The position numbers were made by a program, and so were the translations under genes. The notes below the pieces were generated by a model. The model was given only the letters and a program-made list of their open reading frames with translations. It did no database searches and was not told the DNA's origin. From NCBI GenBank assembly GCA_028698185.1, contig JAQVDW010000037.1, positions 1 through 9,342 on the forward strand: DNA of 9,342 bases, read 5' to 3'. Below are positions 1 through 6,647 of this stretch, piece by piece. The stretch's first letter is position 1, and each line of letters starts with the position of its first letter. The stretch comes from Erysipelotrichaceae bacterium (GTDB taxonomy: Bacteria > Bacillota_I > Bacilli_A > Erysipelotrichales > Coprobacillaceae).

Positions 1-22
1 ATCTTACAACATCCAGCCGCTT

Positions 23-48
23 AAGTCAACATCTTTTTTGACTTTTTT
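23..48 (+). terminator. Weak AT-rich hairpin plus T-run, possibly the terminator of a gene entering from the left edge
   Basis: AAGTCAA (23-29) pairs with TTGACTT (38-44), giving a 7-bp stem and 8-nt loop, followed by TTTT (45-48). A frame-1 stop TAA at 22-24 could close an ORF that runs in from upstream (last residues ...ILQHPAA). The stem is AT-rich, so this call is tentative. Confidence 0.3.
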
Positions 49-228
49 ATCCAGCTGTCTATCATAGCGCCGTTTGCTTTTTAGCGCTCAATCAATATAC
101 CACATCCCTATCCTCTTGGCAAGGGGAATACGGATATTTTTTCGGGCAAATCGCATAACATGACCGATTTTCAATAATTGCCAACCCGTCCATTTTTGAT
201 ATCGGTTGCATTTTGTTAGATTTGGCTA

Positions 229-255
229 TTGCGAGAGCTTCTTTTGTGATAAAAT
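229..255 (+). promoter_or_regulatory. Candidate extended -10 promoter for the ABC transporter genes
   Basis: TTGCGA (229-234), a 15-nt spacer, then TGaTAAAAT (TG at 247-248, -10 TAAAAT at 250-255). The spacer is short, but the TGn extended -10 could compensate. It lies about 28 nt upstream of the start codon. Confidence 0.35.
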
Positions 256-283
256 TTACATATACAACTAACGGAGGTTTAAC

Positions 284-1171
284 ATGAGAAAATTGAGAAA
301 TTTATTTTTAGGTAGCATATTGGCCTTGGGATCTTTTGGTTGCAGTTCAACCAGCAGCCCCTCGAGCTACAATGTCATTGTTCCAGCCGGTGCGCCAACC
401 ATCGCCTTTGTATCCCAATACGAGGATATAACCGCAAACGGAAAACTGGATATCGTCGACGGACCAGATATGCTTCAGGCGGAATTCGTCAAAGAGTCCA
501 GCGAGTATGACATCATCGTTGCTCCCATAAATCTTGGATGCGCTCTGATCGAGAAGGAACAAACCGATTACAAGTTGGCCGGAGTCCTTACCTGGGGCAA
601 CCTGTATTATGTGGGAACAAGTAAAGACGATCTGAATTCCACTGGTGAACTGGCATTGTTTGGCGAAGGTGCGGTTCCTGGCAAAATCGTCGAACTCGAA
701 AGCATCCAGACGACCCTGACTCCAGTATACTATTCATCAGCCACAAGTGTTCAACAACAACTTCTTGCAGGAAATGCCAAGGTCGGGCTTCTGGCTGAAC
801 CAATGGCGACAGCGACAATTGAAAAAGGGAAAGAAATCGGAGTTGACTTCAAGATCATTACCGACCTCCAAGAAAAATATCCTGGCGCGAGTGGATATCC
901 TCAGGCTGCGGTTTTTGTCAAAGACGGTACCAACGTGGTTCCCGTACTCGATGAGCTTTCGGCCTTCAACAACAACGGATATCCCGAATTGGCAACATAC
1001 CTCGAAAAAATCACCGTTGATGCATTGAAACTGCCGGCTGCCGGTCTGGTGGTCAGCTCAATCGAAAACCAAAACATCACTTATAAACCTGCAAGTGATG
1101 TCCAGGACGAAATCAGCAACTTCTTAGCGATATTCAACATCAGCTTTGACGAGTCGATGATCGTTAAATAG
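284..1171 (+). CDS. ABC transporter substrate-binding lipoprotein; substrate unknown, presumably the partner of the adjacent NitT/TauT-type permease
   Basis: 295-aa ORF. GGAGG lies 6 nt upstream of the ATG. The N-terminus MRKLRNLFLGSILALGSFGCSS is a signal peptide with a lipobox (LGSFG-C) followed by a Ser/Thr-rich linker. Its size and its position immediately before a permease fit a solute-binding protein. Its stop TAG (1169-1171) abuts the permease ATG at 1172. Confidence 0.75.
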   Translation: MRKLRNLFLGSILALGSFGCSSTSSPSSYNVIVPAGAPTIAFVSQYEDITANGKLDIVDGPDMLQAEFVKESSEYDIIVAPINLGCALIEKEQTDYKLAGVLTWGNLYYVGTSKDDLNSTGELALFGEGAVPGKIVELESIQTTLTPVYYSSATSVQQQLLAGNAKVGLLAEPMATATIEKGKEIGVDFKIITDLQEKYPGASGYPQAAVFVKDGTNVVPVLDELSAFNNNGYPELATYLEKITVDALKLPAAGLVVSSIENQNITYKPASDVQDEISNFLAIFNISFDESMIVK

Positions 1172-1888
1172 ATGAAACGCCGGCTGATTTCGATATTGGC
1201 AATACTCATCATCTGGGAGATGGCGAGTGTCGCCATAAATAAGTCAGTCCTGCTTCCTTCCCCATTGGCTGTGCTCGAAAAGATGGCTGAACTGATTGGC
1301 TCGCCATCTTTTTATGTAAGCCTTATGGCAACATTATACCGGGTCGCCATCGCATTCATTTGTGCCCTGGCGATTGGAAGCGTCCTGGGGCTGATTGCAG
1401 GTTACAACAAGAACGTCCGCGAATACCTCGATCCGCTGATCAAGATATTCCAGACCGTACCCCAAGTTTCCTACATCCTGATTATCATTGTCTGGTTCAG
1501 TTCATTCACCTCTTTGCTGCTTATCATCCTGATGATGACTTTGCCGATTTTCTACTACAATATGCTTAACGGTTATCTGGCGATTGAAAGTGAATACCTG
1601 GATGTCGCAAGATTGTTTGGATCGTCCCGGTTTTCCAACCTCCATCTGGTTGTGATTCCCTTGCTCAAGTCCAATTTCCTGGCAGCCATCAATTCAGCCT
1701 TGCCTCTTAGCATCAAGATTGCGGTAATGGCGGAAATCTTCATCTCATCATCCAAGGGGGTTGGCAGCCTGCTGTATCTTGCCCGGATCAACCTGGACAT
1801 GGCATCGATTCTCGCACTGACCATCTGGATGATCATAATCATTGCCATTCCGACCAACCTGATTGGCTACTGTATGGATCGAAATTAA
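1172..1888 (+). CDS. ABC transporter permease, NitT/TauT (SsuC/TauC/ThiX-like) family
   Basis: 238-aa polytopic membrane protein. The N-terminal W-x-(n)-LLPSPLAVL segment is typical of this family. There is a degenerate EAA loop (ESEYLDVARLFGSSRFSNLHLVVIPLL). The start codon directly follows the upstream stop, which suggests translational coupling. Confidence 0.88.
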   Translation: MKRRLISILAILIIWEMASVAINKSVLLPSPLAVLEKMAELIGSPSFYVSLMATLYRVAIAFICALAIGSVLGLIAGYNKNVREYLDPLIKIFQTVPQVSYILIIIVWFSSFTSLLLIILMMTLPIFYYNMLNGYLAIESEYLDVARLFGSSRFSNLHLVVIPLLKSNFLAAINSALPLSIKIAVMAEIFISSSKGVGSLLYLARINLDMASILALTIWMIIIIAIPTNLIGYCMDRN

Positions 1889-1916
1889 AAGGCTTGCAGA
1901 TTGCTGCAAGCCTTTT
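1887..1916. terminator. Bidirectional rho-independent terminator between the convergent permease and feoB genes
   Basis: AAAAGGCTTGCAG (1887-1899), loop ATTG, CTGCAAGCCTTTT (1904-1916). The GC core is 9 bp and is flanked by A4 and T4, so a U-tract follows the stem on either strand. The permease stop (1886-1888) and the feoB stop (1915-1917) both fall inside the structure. Confidence 0.85.
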
Positions 1917-4023
1917 AAACCGTCCTGGGTGCCTTCTTGAAGAATAGATATCCCAACAGGGCAACCAGAAATATCGCAATTGCCGTTAAGTATGTGAACC
2001 CACCACCGGCAATCAATGTTCCAAGCTGATAGAAAACCATCGCTATCACATAGGCAAATATCGTCATGTAGCTCACTGCGAACACCGTCCAGCGCAGGCT
2101 CTTCATCTCCTGGTAAATCGCCCCGATCGATGCGAAACAAGGGGCGCACAGCAAGTTGAAAAGCAGAAACGAGAAGGCCTGGAGTGAACTGTAATCTTTT
2201 GTGAATTCGCCAAATGCCCCGGCACCATTGCCAAAATCATATACGACCCCGATGGTCGAAACAAGGTTCTCCTTGGCGATTAAGCCGGTGAATGTCGCGA
2301 TTGTTGCCTGCCACTTGCCAAAGCCAAGAGGCTCAAACAGCGGCGCCGCCAGGTTCCCGATATCGGCCAGAAGGCTTTCGCTGTTTTGGGTCACCATTGC
2401 CAGCTGGCCATTCTGGAAGCCAAAGGCCTGCAAGAACCAGAGGACGACTGATGCCAGCAGGATCACCGTCACCGCTTTTTTTACGAATTCCAGACCGCGT
2501 TGAAGTGTGATTTTAATGACATTTTCCATCAATGGCAGATGATAGGTCGGCATCTCCATGACAAATGGTGCCGGACTGCCGGCAAATGGCCGCATCTTCT
2601 TGAGAATTATACCCGAAACGGCGACCGCCATTATACCCACGAAGTAACCGGTCGGCGCGATCCACCAAGCCCCATTGAAAACGGCCGTTCCAATGAGTGC
2701 GATTATCGGAATCTTCGCCGAACAGGGGATGAAGGTTGTGGTTATTATCGTGATCCGCCGTTCCCGCTGCGACTCGATTGTCCGGGTCGCCAATATTCCC
2801 GGAACGCCGCATCCAGTTGAAATAAGCAAAGGGATGATTGACTTTCCTGAAAGCCCGAAGCGCCTGAATACCCTATCCATGATGAACGCGATCCGGGCCA
2901 TGTAGCCGATATCCTCAAGGACAGCCATCAAAAACGAGAGGACCAGGATCTGGGGCACAAAGCCGATGACCGAACCGACCCCGCCAACTATTCCATCGAT
3001 CACCAGCCCCTGGATCCACGCCGACACATTCCAGGCACCAAACAACGCGGTCAGTCCGCCCTGTATCCACTTTGCGACAATCACATCATTGGTGAAATCA
3101 GTGGCCCAGGCCCCGATGGTCGAGATCGCTATGAAATATATGGAAAATATGATGGCGATGAAAATCGGAATCGCCAGGTATTTATGGGTCACTACATTGT
3201 CGATGCGCACACTCAACGATTCCCGGGTGTCGGACATCCGGATGAGATACTTGCTTGTATATTTGGTGACATAATTATATCTTTCATTTGTGATTATCGA
3301 CTGCATGTCCTCATCGAGACGGGACTGTTCCCTGTCGACCATCCGGGAAATCCTGTCGAGATCCCGTTTGTCCAGATTTAGTTTTTTGAGCACCAGAGCA
3401 TCATTTTCCAAAACCTTGATCGCAAGGTAACGGTTGATATTTTCCGAGTCATTGTAAGAGGCTACGATATCCTCGACATGGGCAATGATGTGTTCCATTT
3501 CTCCGGAGTATCGGGGCTCCTTTGGCAACCGTCCGTCTTGCGCCCGCAGCAGGGCCCGCTCGACCACATTGTCGATTCCTTCGGCGTGGAGCGCCGATAT
3601 CTCGATTATGTCGACCCCGAATGATTCCGAGAGTTTTTCCAAATTGATGATGTCGCCATTTTTGCGGACAACGTCGATCATATTGAACGCCATGACCACC
3701 GGAATCCCCAGTTCAAATATTTGGGTAGAGAGATAGAGATTCCTTTCGAGATTGGTCGCGTCGATTATGTTGATGATGACATCGACCTTCTCGCTTGCAA
3801 GATAATCCCGCGCCACAACCTCCTCAAGGGTGTAAGGCGACAGCGAGTATATACCCGGCAAATCATCGACATATACGTCCTCATGGTTCTTGACTTTGCC
3901 GGATTTTTTTTCAACAGTTACCCCTGGCCAGTTACCCACCGTCTGACTCGAACCGGTCAACAAATTAAAAAGAGTGGTCTTGCCACTGTTGGGATTGCCG
4001 ACTAATGCGATTTTGACCATCAT
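1915..4023 (-). CDS. feoB: Ferrous iron transporter FeoB (N-terminal GTPase plus polytopic membrane domain)
   Basis: 702 aa. G-domain motifs are visible: G1 GNPNSGKT, G2 region PGVTVE, G3 DLPG, G4 NMID, G5 SAL. A long hydrophobic C-terminal permease domain follows. The start ATGATG overlaps the feoA stop (ATGA overlap). Confidence 0.97.
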   Translation of the reverse strand: MMVKIALVGNPNSGKTTLFNLLTGSSQTVGNWPGVTVEKKSGKVKNHEDVYVDDLPGIYSLSPYTLEEVVARDYLASEKVDVIINIIDATNLERNLYLSTQIFELGIPVVMAFNMIDVVRKNGDIINLEKLSESFGVDIIEISALHAEGIDNVVERALLRAQDGRLPKEPRYSGEMEHIIAHVEDIVASYNDSENINRYLAIKVLENDALVLKKLNLDKRDLDRISRMVDREQSRLDEDMQSIITNERYNYVTKYTSKYLIRMSDTRESLSVRIDNVVTHKYLAIPIFIAIIFSIYFIAISTIGAWATDFTNDVIVAKWIQGGLTALFGAWNVSAWIQGLVIDGIVGGVGSVIGFVPQILVLSFLMAVLEDIGYMARIAFIMDRVFRRFGLSGKSIIPLLISTGCGVPGILATRTIESQRERRITIITTTFIPCSAKIPIIALIGTAVFNGAWWIAPTGYFVGIMAVAVSGIILKKMRPFAGSPAPFVMEMPTYHLPLMENVIKITLQRGLEFVKKAVTVILLASVVLWFLQAFGFQNGQLAMVTQNSESLLADIGNLAAPLFEPLGFGKWQATIATFTGLIAKENLVSTIGVVYDFGNGAGAFGEFTKDYSSLQAFSFLLFNLLCAPCFASIGAIYQEMKSLRWTVFAVSYMTIFAYVIAMVFYQLGTLIAGGGFTYLTAIAIFLVALLGYLFFKKAPRTV

Positions 4024-4253
4024 CTTTTCTCCTGTTCCACTTCTATTTTTCTTGCATCATCCTTGCGGATCGTAAGCTCATAACCCCGCAGCGACAATTG
4101 AATCGGATCTCCCAACGGTGCGAATTTCCGCACCTTGATTTCGACGCCCTTGGTTATCCCCATATCCATGATCCGCCGCCGGGTTGCCCCTTCACCATGT
4201 ATTTTTTTGACAATCGCGATATTTCCGACTGCAATCTGATCTAATGTCTTCAT
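4020..4253 (-). CDS. feoA: FeoA-family small protein (SH3-like FeoA domain)
   Basis: I place the start at ATG 4253 (MKTLDQIAVGNIAIVKKIHGEG...; 77 aa). An AAGGTGGA Shine-Dalgarno site lies 7 nt upstream. The ORF-track start at 4331 is a TTG that would run through the predicted promoter. The size and the G-x-G/IRK-type sequence fit FeoA. The stop overlaps the feoB start. Confidence 0.9.
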   Translation of the reverse strand: MKTLDQIAVGNIAIVKKIHGEGATRRRIMDMGITKGVEIKVRKFAPLGDPIQLSLRGYELTIRKDDARKIEVEQEKR

Positions 4254-4290
4254 CTTATAATCCACCTTTTTGTTAGAGTAGGCTAACTGT

Positions 4291-4319
4291 ATCTTAGCAT
4301 TGTCGATATTGCGTGTCAA
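4291..4319 (-). promoter_or_regulatory. Sigma-70/SigA-type promoter of feoAB
   Basis: Minus strand reads TTGACA (4319-4314), a 17-nt spacer, then TGcTAAGAT (-10 at 4296-4291 with a TGn extension). This leaves about 30 nt of leader before the feoA start. Confidence 0.6.
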
Positions 4320-4340
4320 TGGATATCGCAAACCAGGGCA

Positions 4341-4367
4341 AACAAAAAAGGGCAGTTTCTAGCCCTT
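4341..4367 (-). terminator. Weak rho-independent terminator after the histidine kinase gene
   Basis: Minus-strand RNA reads AAGGGC-UAGAAACU-GCCCUU followed by UUUUGUUUG. The stem is 6 bp (4362-4367 with 4348-4353) and the kinase stop codon sits in the loop. The short stem means some read-through into feoAB is plausible. Confidence 0.45.
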
Positions 4368-5441
4368 GTTGTAATTCAATGGCAAATATATCGAAACAAT
4401 GGTCCCCTCATTCAATGATGAACGGATTGTTACCGTGCCCTTGCATGATTCGATATTCTGTTTGACCAAATAGAGTCCGATCCCCTGCCCGGGAATCCCC
4501 ATGGCATCGCTGCCCCGGTAATAGGCCTTGAACACATGTTTCAATTCCTCTGTCTTTATCCCTTTGCCCTGGTCCTTGACATTGATCATTACCCCTTCTC
4601 CACGGAGGTAATAGCCGACCTCGACGGTGGTATTGGCGTTTGAATACTTCAAGGCGTTGGAAATAAGGGAGTATATGGCCTGGGAAATCTTGAACCGGTC
4701 GCTGTTCATCATGACCTTCTGGTCATTGGCCAGGGTGATCTCGATGCCTTTGTTCTCAAAGCCGGTGCGATAGCCGTTCACTATCCTTCTTACGAGCTGA
4801 CCTAGGTCGAATGTTTCAATTTTCAACAAATCCTCATAAAGCTGGCCATCGACAATCAGACCCATGTTGTCGATGAGTTCCTGTAGGTTATCGAGCTGAA
4901 CCTGGCAGGCCTTGATTTCCTGGTTGTCCATCTCCATAACCCCGTCTTCAACCCCTTCAAGGATGTTCTTGATGATTGCAATCGGGGTCAACGACTGATG
5001 ATACAACTGGTCATAGATGCTTTTGCGGTTCTGGTTCTTTAAGTTAAGACGCGTGTTTATGTCCACAAGGCTGTCGTTGAGGTCGTCAAGCTCCGCAATC
5101 CGCGATGTCTCGGGAGCGAAATTTCCATCGACTATCCCTTTGGCCAGGTTAGTCGATTTGACGATATCCTTGCTTAGCATCCGGCTGATCGCCACCGCCC
5201 CGATCGTGGCAACGACCAGGACAACCGCCACCGCCTTGATGCCGATTTTAAGCAGCAGGGCATTGACATCGAGAAGGTCGATCATTTCCGCCATTCCATG
5301 GTGGGGCCGGATGAACTCCATCTCGAACCCCTTCGAAAACATGTTGCCAAAAAGCAAAGTCACCAAAAGCAAGAGGGCCAAAGCGAAGAAAATCAAAAAT
5401 ACCAGCATCAGGGTCCGGATTCTGATTTTTCTAGTTCTCAT
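4359..5441 (-). CDS. Sensor histidine kinase: two TM helices, short extracytoplasmic loop, HAMP-like linker, HisKA/HATPase_c core
   Basis: I prefer ATG 5441 (MRTRKIRIRTLM...; 360 aa), which has AGGTGA 5 nt upstream, over the TTG at 5456 in the ORF track. H-box is LYHQSLTPIAIIKN. N-box is ISNALKYS, G1 is VKDQGKGI, F is FKAYYRG and G2 is GQGIGLYLV. The gene overlaps the response regulator gene by 11 nt. Confidence 0.9.
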   Translation of the reverse strand: MRTRKIRIRTLMLVFLIFFALALLLLVTLLFGNMFSKGFEMEFIRPHHGMAEMIDLLDVNALLLKIGIKAVAVVLVVATIGAVAISRMLSKDIVKSTNLAKGIVDGNFAPETSRIAELDDLNDSLVDINTRLNLKNQNRKSIYDQLYHQSLTPIAIIKNILEGVEDGVMEMDNQEIKACQVQLDNLQELIDNMGLIVDGQLYEDLLKIETFDLGQLVRRIVNGYRTGFENKGIEITLANDQKVMMNSDRFKISQAIYSLISNALKYSNANTTVEVGYYLRGEGVMINVKDQGKGIKTEELKHVFKAYYRGSDAMGIPGQGIGLYLVKQNIESCKGTVTIRSSLNEGTIVSIYLPLNYNKG

Positions 5442-6114
5442 CACGATCACCTGCAAAATAATATCCTAGGCCGTATTTGGTCATCAGATATTTTGGATTT
5501 TTGGGGTCTTTTTCGATTTTCTTGCGGATCCTTTTGACATAGGTGTCAATCGAGCGGTTGTCGATTGTCGCATCGTAGCCAAGGACCGCCTCGATAAGCT
5601 GTTCCCGTGAAAAAACCCGGTCCGGTTTCTTCATCAGGGTTTCCAGTATCCCGTACTCGACCCGGGACAGGTTCATCCTGTTGCCTTGGACGTATGCATC
5701 TTTCTGGTCGAAATCGATCTTCAAATCACCGATTGTCATACTTTCATTGGTGCCGTATACCCTGCTGATGAAAACCCTGATTCGCGACATGAGTTCCTTC
5801 ATCGAATACGGCTTGAGCACATAATCGTCTCCTCCATATTCGAATCCCTTGAGCCGGTCTGCTTCCTGAATCCGGGCCGTCGTCATCAGGACCGGAACGC
5901 TCGAAATCCCCCGGATCCGTCTGAGCACTTCAAGGCCGTCGATACCATCCATCATTATGTCAAGTAGGACGAGGCTGTACTTGTTTTTTGCGAACAGTTC
6001 GAGAGCACAAAATCCGTCATGACATATATCGTACAGGTACCCTTCACGGTCAAGATACTTTGAAAGTATCCGGGTTATCTCTTTTTCGTCTTCAACAACA
6101 AGTATTCGATGCAT
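5431..6114 (-). CDS. OmpR/PhoB-family response regulator (receiver plus winged-helix DNA-binding domain)
   Basis: 227 aa. Receiver signature: VVEDE acidic pocket, phospho-acceptor Asp in LVLLDIMM, T in LMTTAR, K in VLKPY. The C-terminus is a Trans_reg_C-like winged helix (LSRVEYGILETL...YGLGYYF). AAGGAG lies 7 nt upstream of the ATG. Confidence 0.95.
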   Translation of the reverse strand: MHRILVVEDEKEITRILSKYLDREGYLYDICHDGFCALELFAKNKYSLVLLDIMMDGIDGLEVLRRIRGISSVPVLMTTARIQEADRLKGFEYGGDDYVLKPYSMKELMSRIRVFISRVYGTNESMTIGDLKIDFDQKDAYVQGNRMNLSRVEYGILETLMKKPDRVFSREQLIEAVLGYDATIDNRSIDTYVKRIRKKIEKDPKNPKYLMTKYGLGYYFAGDRDEN

Positions 6115-6132
6115 TGTTCTGCTCCTTTATCT

Positions 6133-6390
6133 CTATTTGCGGGCAAGCACCTCTTTTTTGTAGAGATACTCATCTTCGTCAATTTTACCACTTACATAAA
6201 GAATTTTCAAAGCATCCAGTGCACCACTATTGCATTTGTCGGCCTTTCTTTTCTTGACAATCCTGTAGATGACCCAGCCGGCCAGCAGCAACAGCCCGAT
6301 TCCAATCAAATGGCGTCCCAGAAAGAACAGTTCCCAGTTGTCGCCTGTCATATATCCAAACGGATGACGGCCATACTCATAAAACATCAT
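6133..6390 (-). CDS. Small membrane protein with C-terminal SHOCT domain (COG3462/DUF2078-like architecture)
   Basis: I place the start at ATG 6390 (MMFYEYGRHPFGYMTG...; 85 aa), with AGGAGGAG 6 nt upstream; the ORF-track start is a TTG at 6396. It has one TM helix (LIGIGLLLLAGWVIYRIV), then the basic KKRKADK, then the SHOCT-like ALDALKILYVSGKIDEDEYLYKKEVL. Confidence 0.75.
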   Translation of the reverse strand: MMFYEYGRHPFGYMTGDNWELFFLGRHLIGIGLLLLAGWVIYRIVKKRKADKCNSGALDALKILYVSGKIDEDEYLYKKEVLARK

Positions 6391-6402
6391 AAACAACTCC
6401 TC

Positions 6403-6573
6403 CTATTTTCGGTTGATGACATCCAATTTGTGAAAATAATCTTCTTCGCTTATTTCATTGTTCAAATATTTTTTCATCAGAATATCGTTGGCATCCAGCG
6501 TAGATCCATTGTTTTTTTCACCAAACTGCAGATAAAGCAGACAGCAAATCCCGATAATGATAAATAGTCCCAT
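6403..6573 (-). CDS. 56-aa small membrane protein with SHOCT-like C-terminus; not in the supplied ORF track
   Basis: My manual translation from ATG 6573 gives MGLFIIIGICCLLYLQFGEKNNGSTLDANDILMKKYLNNEISEEDYFHKLDVINRK, ending at stop TAG 6405-6403. AGGAGG lies 6 nt upstream of the ATG. It has an N-terminal TM helix and a SHOCT-like tail (DILMKKYLNNEISEEDYFHKL). Its stop lies inside the Shine-Dalgarno site of the next gene. Confidence 0.6.
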   Translation of the reverse strand: MGLFIIIGICCLLYLQFGEKNNGSTLDANDILMKKYLNNEISEEDYFHKLDVINRK

Positions 6574-6647
6574 ATTCTACCTCCTGATCATATTATAGTC
6601 TTTGGATTTGACAAAATTGTGGCATATCAAAAAAATTAACATTATGC

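Noticed and set aside
347-1028. ORFs 347-562(-), 588-818(-) and 747-1028(+) inside the binding-protein gene, and ORFs 1360-1569(+) and 1573-1857(-) inside the permease gene
   Set aside because: They are alternative-frame or antisense ORFs inside better-supported coding regions. None has a ribosome-binding site or motif.
1748-2149. 133-aa minus-strand ORF spanning the permease 3' end, the terminator hairpin and the feoB 3' end
   Set aside because: It crosses a strong terminator and overlaps two well-supported genes. Its product has no recognisable features.
2201-4005. Nine plus-strand ORFs of 65-106 aa, plus the minus-strand ORF 2513-2812 in another frame, all inside feoB
   Set aside because: They are shadow ORFs of a confidently identified 702-aa FeoB gene. 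Their products are low-complexity and Arg/Pro/Ser-rich, have no Shine-Dalgarno sites, and show no family resemblance.
4254-4331. N-terminal extension of feoA, as in the 103-aa ORF-track version
   Set aside because: The extension begins at a TTG and would run through the predicted -35/-10 promoter. The internal ATG at 4253 has a good Shine-Dalgarno site and gives a typical 77-aa FeoA.
5017-6567. Plus-strand ORFs antisense to the HK, RR and SHOCT genes: 5017-5469, 5298-5537, 5686-5967, 5988-6257 and 6109-6567
   Set aside because: The minus-strand genes carry clear catalytic or domain motifs and Shine-Dalgarno sites. The plus-strand products are motif-less and lack start-site signals.
6592-6620. 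Promoter for the SHOCT-RR-HK operon
   Set aside because: A perfect minus-strand TATAAT (6597-6592) lies 18 nt upstream of the first start codon. No acceptable -35 sits at 16-18 nt spacing; the nearest TTGTCA is only 11 nt away. I do not call it as a feature. It could be an activator-dependent promoter.
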